Of a stretch of 37,261 nucleotides of DNA, positions 34,349 through 37,261 are shown piece by piece. Every line of letters starts with the position of its first letter. Position 1 is the first letter of the stretch. The stretch spans positions 1-37,261 of IMG/VR virus record IMGVR_UViG_3300028416_000038, one strand, 5' to 3'. The position numbers were made by a program, and so were the translations under genes. This stretch comes from a virus (taxonomy: Duplodnaviria > Caudoviricetes). The notes below the pieces were generated by a model. The model saw only the letters and a list, made by a program, of their open reading frames with translations. It did not search any database and was not told where the DNA came from.

Positions 34349-37173
34349 TGATTAATTTACAGTTATATATATTAAACGAGAACGGGGAGTCTTACGACGA
34401 AGTAGAACTTTACGATAATGAAACGGTTAATTATACGCAATCGTTACAAGACGTTAGGGATATATCTAAAGTTTTTTCAGACTTTACTAGGACTTTTAAC
34501 GTACCCGCTTCTCGTACTAATAATATTATATTTAAGCATTTCTATAATTACTTTATAGACGGATTCGATCCTAAGAGACGGCATAAGGCTAAGATATACT
34601 TAAACTATAGACTTTATAAAGAGGGTTATATAAAATTAGAGGGTTCTACTACTAAAGATAATAGGCCATTTACTTATAGAATTACTTTCTTCGGAAGTGG
34701 GGTTATATTAAAGGATGTATTTAGAGAAAAAAAGCTATCGTCTCTATCTTATTTAATAAGTAATTTTAAGTTCGATTATACTTCAGCTAACGTAAAGCAA
34801 TATCTGCAGGACGGAAAAAACGAGATCTTCTACATGCCATTAAAAGGAGATACTAGCAAAGTAGACCAAATAGATATCGAAGATGCCGTAGTCTTTCCCC
34901 TTATATCGCATACCGATAGAATGATATACGATAGTAACGCTTCTTATACTGGAGTATCTGGAGAAGCTAACTTAGCTAACGTAACTAACGGAGGCCTTAA
35001 ATTAACCGAGTTAAAGCCAGCTATAAGAGTGCATGCGATTATAAAAGCTATAGAGGCTCAATATAAAGAAAGCGGCATAGAATTTAGTACAGACTTTTTC
35101 AATGAGAATAACTTACCTTACTATAATCTATATCTTTGGCTGCATACTAAATCTGGCGGTTTATTTACTGACCAAGAGGGCGGTACTTATTTTCAAGATT
35201 TTACCGTACTTTCTGGTTCCGATACTGGAGCTACGGGGGTAGGTATAATACAAAACGATAATACCTTTACTACTCCAGATCCCGCTCAAGTAATTAGCAA
35301 TCCTAAAAGAGCAGATAAGCAAAGAAGCTTAAGTTTAAGCGTAGAAACTACAGTAAGTAGCCCTTTTACTATTATAATATACGACGAACAAGGTAACGAG
35401 TTCTCTAGCTATACTGGAAGTCAAACTAACGGAGTATTTACTCCTATAGCAGAAAGAGACGCAATAGAGATAGATCAAGGTTCTTATACTTTTGCAGTAC
35501 AATGTAATACGCCTGCAGATTTTACTATTAAGGTAAAAGTTACTAGAAAAGCTACTATCGCAGGAAAAAGAGAATTTAATTTTACGGGTACGGCTACAGT
35601 AGGAGCAGATACGGAATTATATGCTGCTAATCAAATGCCAGATATAACTATTCTAGGATTCCTTACTGGACTTTTTAAAATGTTTAACCTTACGGCCTAC
35701 CAAAACGAGGAGGGAAAAATAGTAGTACAGACTCTAGATCAATTTTACGGAGCTAGCGATAGTATTTACGATATTACCCCTTATATAGATAAAGATACCG
35801 TTACGGTAGATTCTATAGTACCTTATAGACAAGTTACTTTTTCTTACGAAGGGAGAGATACTTTTTTAGCGGCTACTTACGAGGACTTAAATAATAAAGA
35901 TTGGGGAGGGTTACATTATAAAGAAAACGATAATAATTTAGGATCTGAGTATAAGATAGTAGCTCCCTTTGAACATATGCTTTTCGAGAAGCTAACAGAT
36001 GCCGACGATAGTTCCGATACTGGTATACAAATAGGCTGGAGCGCAGACGAAAAACAAGAGCCAACAATAGGCAAGCCTCTTTTATTTTATGCGGTAAGCA
36101 AAGAGATAAGCGAACCTATAAAACTTATAAACTTTGACAGTAGTACGACTACCTTAAGCGCAGACACTAAAGTATATATGCCTTCTAATTCTATAGAACT
36201 AGGAGACAATTTAACAGATTCTGTAAATATAAATTTTGCTTCAGAAATAAACGAATACGCTGAGGTTCCTTTTAAAAGTTCTTTATTTAGCCAATATTAC
36301 AAAAATTATATAGTAGATATTTTCGATAAGCAAAGGAGATTAACAAATACCTCCGCTTATTTGCCTCAGAGAATATTATCTAATCTAAAATTAAATGACA
36401 AAGTTTTAATTACAGATAGGTTATATAAAATAAATAAGATAACTACTAATTTTCAGAAGCTATTAAGTAATCTAGAATTAATTAACACTACTGCCGTAGA
36501 AGGTAAGAATATAATTAGAGATACTATATATAGAGAAGAAGAAATAGTATTAGAAAGCTCCTGCGTAACTGCAGACGTAGATATTACTACTATAGATTCT
36601 ACTATAATAAAAACTGACTGTACAGACTCTAAAATTAACGACGGTTACGTCTTTATAAATGATTCTAACGACGGTACTACTTCAGATAATAATACGCCAG
36701 ATACTAGCGTTAATGGAGATCCAGTAGAAGTAACTCCGCCTACTGTATTCGATCCGCATATTACAGTAGATTCTAATATAATTACCGCAGATACGGAGGA
36801 CTATACTGCAGACGCTAATCTAAGAGAGGTTACTTCTTCTTCTTTTAAGATAGGTTATCAAATAAAAACTCTAGGTAAAATAGGAACTGCAGATAATATA
36901 GACGAATATGGATTCTTATATAGTACTAACTCTAGCGATTTAATAGGAACTGACGTAGACGATATAGCTGCGGTAGCTGGAGTAAGTAAAATAGATTATC
37001 CTACGGCTAGTAATAATAAAAGGCCTACGGTTCCCTTTAGTTCTAGTTACCAGAAAAATAATGCGACCTCAGCTACGACTTACTACTTTAGATTCTATGG
37101 TAGAACGAATACAGATTTAGCTTACGCAGAGGCGGACGCTTTAAGTGAAATAGAAGAAATTACTACGGCATGA
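34348..37173 (+). CDS. Large tail-tip / hub-like protein, copy B
   Basis: 941 aa allele of 3590-6415. Confidence 0.65.
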   Translation: MINLQLYILNENGESYDEVELYDNETVNYTQSLQDVRDISKVFSDFTRTFNVPASRTNNIIFKHFYNYFIDGFDPKRRHKAKIYLNYRLYKEGYIKLEGSTTKDNRPFTYRITFFGSGVILKDVFREKKLSSLSYLISNFKFDYTSANVKQYLQDGKNEIFYMPLKGDTSKVDQIDIEDAVVFPLISHTDRMIYDSNASYTGVSGEANLANVTNGGLKLTELKPAIRVHAIIKAIEAQYKESGIEFSTDFFNENNLPYYNLYLWLHTKSGGLFTDQEGGTYFQDFTVLSGSDTGATGVGIIQNDNTFTTPDPAQVISNPKRADKQRSLSLSVETTVSSPFTIIIYDEQGNEFSSYTGSQTNGVFTPIAERDAIEIDQGSYTFAVQCNTPADFTIKVKVTRKATIAGKREFNFTGTATVGADTELYAANQMPDITILGFLTGLFKMFNLTAYQNEEGKIVVQTLDQFYGASDSIYDITPYIDKDTVTVDSIVPYRQVTFSYEGRDTFLAATYEDLNNKDWGGLHYKENDNNLGSEYKIVAPFEHMLFEKLTDADDSSDTGIQIGWSADEKQEPTIGKPLLFYAVSKEISEPIKLINFDSSTTTLSADTKVYMPSNSIELGDNLTDSVNINFASEINEYAEVPFKSSLFSQYYKNYIVDIFDKQRRLTNTSAYLPQRILSNLKLNDKVLITDRLYKINKITTNFQKLLSNLELINTTAVEGKNIIRDTIYREEEIVLESSCVTADVDITTIDSTIIKTDCTDSKINDGYVFINDSNDGTTSDNNTPDTSVNGDPVEVTPPTVFDPHITVDSNIITADTEDYTADANLREVTSSSFKIGYQIKTLGKIGTADNIDEYGFLYSTNSSDLIGTDVDDIAAVAGVSKIDYPTASNNKRPTVPFSSSYQKNNATSATTYYFRFYGRTNTDLAYAEADALSEIEEITTA

Positions 37174-37261
37174 TAAGTAATATATTAGATATGCTAGAGA
37201 TAGCTAAGCAGGAAGATAATATAGGGGACTATACGTTTATAGCCTTAGGAAAGAATAAAGC
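37170..37261 (+). CDS. Small hypothetical protein, copy B (truncated by the window end)
   Basis: Identical to 6412-6503. Confidence 0.6.
   Translation, partial: MISNILDMLEIAKQEDNIGDYTFIALGKNK

Larger units (their letters stand above)
30759..37261. repeat. Diverged direct repeat, copy B of the 6.5-kb tail module
   Basis: Colinear with 1-6503; the last 127 nt (37135-37261) are identical to 6377-6503. Confidence 0.98.

Noticed and set aside
1-37261. Diversity-generating retroelement explaining the two variant copies
   Set aside because: No reverse transcriptase is recognisable, the differences span 6.5 kb, are mostly synonymous and are not adenine-specific.
30759-37261. True packaging terminal redundancy or direct terminal repeat
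   Set aside because: Such ends are copied from one template and should be identical; these differ throughout.
1-37261. Stop-codon reassignment suggested by abundant TAG trinucleotides
   Set aside because: Genes are long and tightly packed under the standard code. The TAGs are out of frame (CTA G, TTA G, ATA G) and TAG serves as a normal stop.

Overview
The window is one complete dsDNA tailed-phage genome unit of 30,758 bp plus a second, slightly diverged copy of its first 6,503 bp (1-6503 vs 30759-37261, constant offset 30,758). All supported genes are on the + strand. The host is probably Bacteroidota (Flavobacteria-like), inferred from TAnnTT(T/A/C)G promoter boxes and A-rich leaders without Shine-Dalgarno sites. 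Gene order: tail completion and tail-tip genes, short tape measure, XkdF-like prohead protease, scaffold, major capsid, tail tube, portal, adaptor, fibres, lysis cassette (M15 peptidase, holins, hidden lipoprotein), replication/recombination genes (NinG, SSB-like, DnaB-like helicase, ECF-like sigma factor, RecE-like exonuclease, ParB-like, DnaA-domain-IV-like), terS/terL and a tail-assembly chaperone. I recognised no integrase, repressor, DNA polymerase, primase, tRNA or CRISPR array. Main findings: (1) a -1 frameshift in the chaperone with about 170 nt of dual coding, supported by all-synonymous differences between the two copies; (2) a six-copy (T/A)(A/T)ACA-N14-TTATTA late-promoter motif, five copies lying 7-8 nt before an ATG, suggesting leaderless mRNAs driven by the phage sigma factor; (3) CA/TG dinucleotide depletion that disappears in the fibre/holin island; (4) short triple-repeat peptides next to matching fibre N-termini; (5) the terminal repeat ends in exactly 127 identical nt, suggesting two allelic tail modules joined by assembly. 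All product names come from motif recognition by eye, not from database searches.
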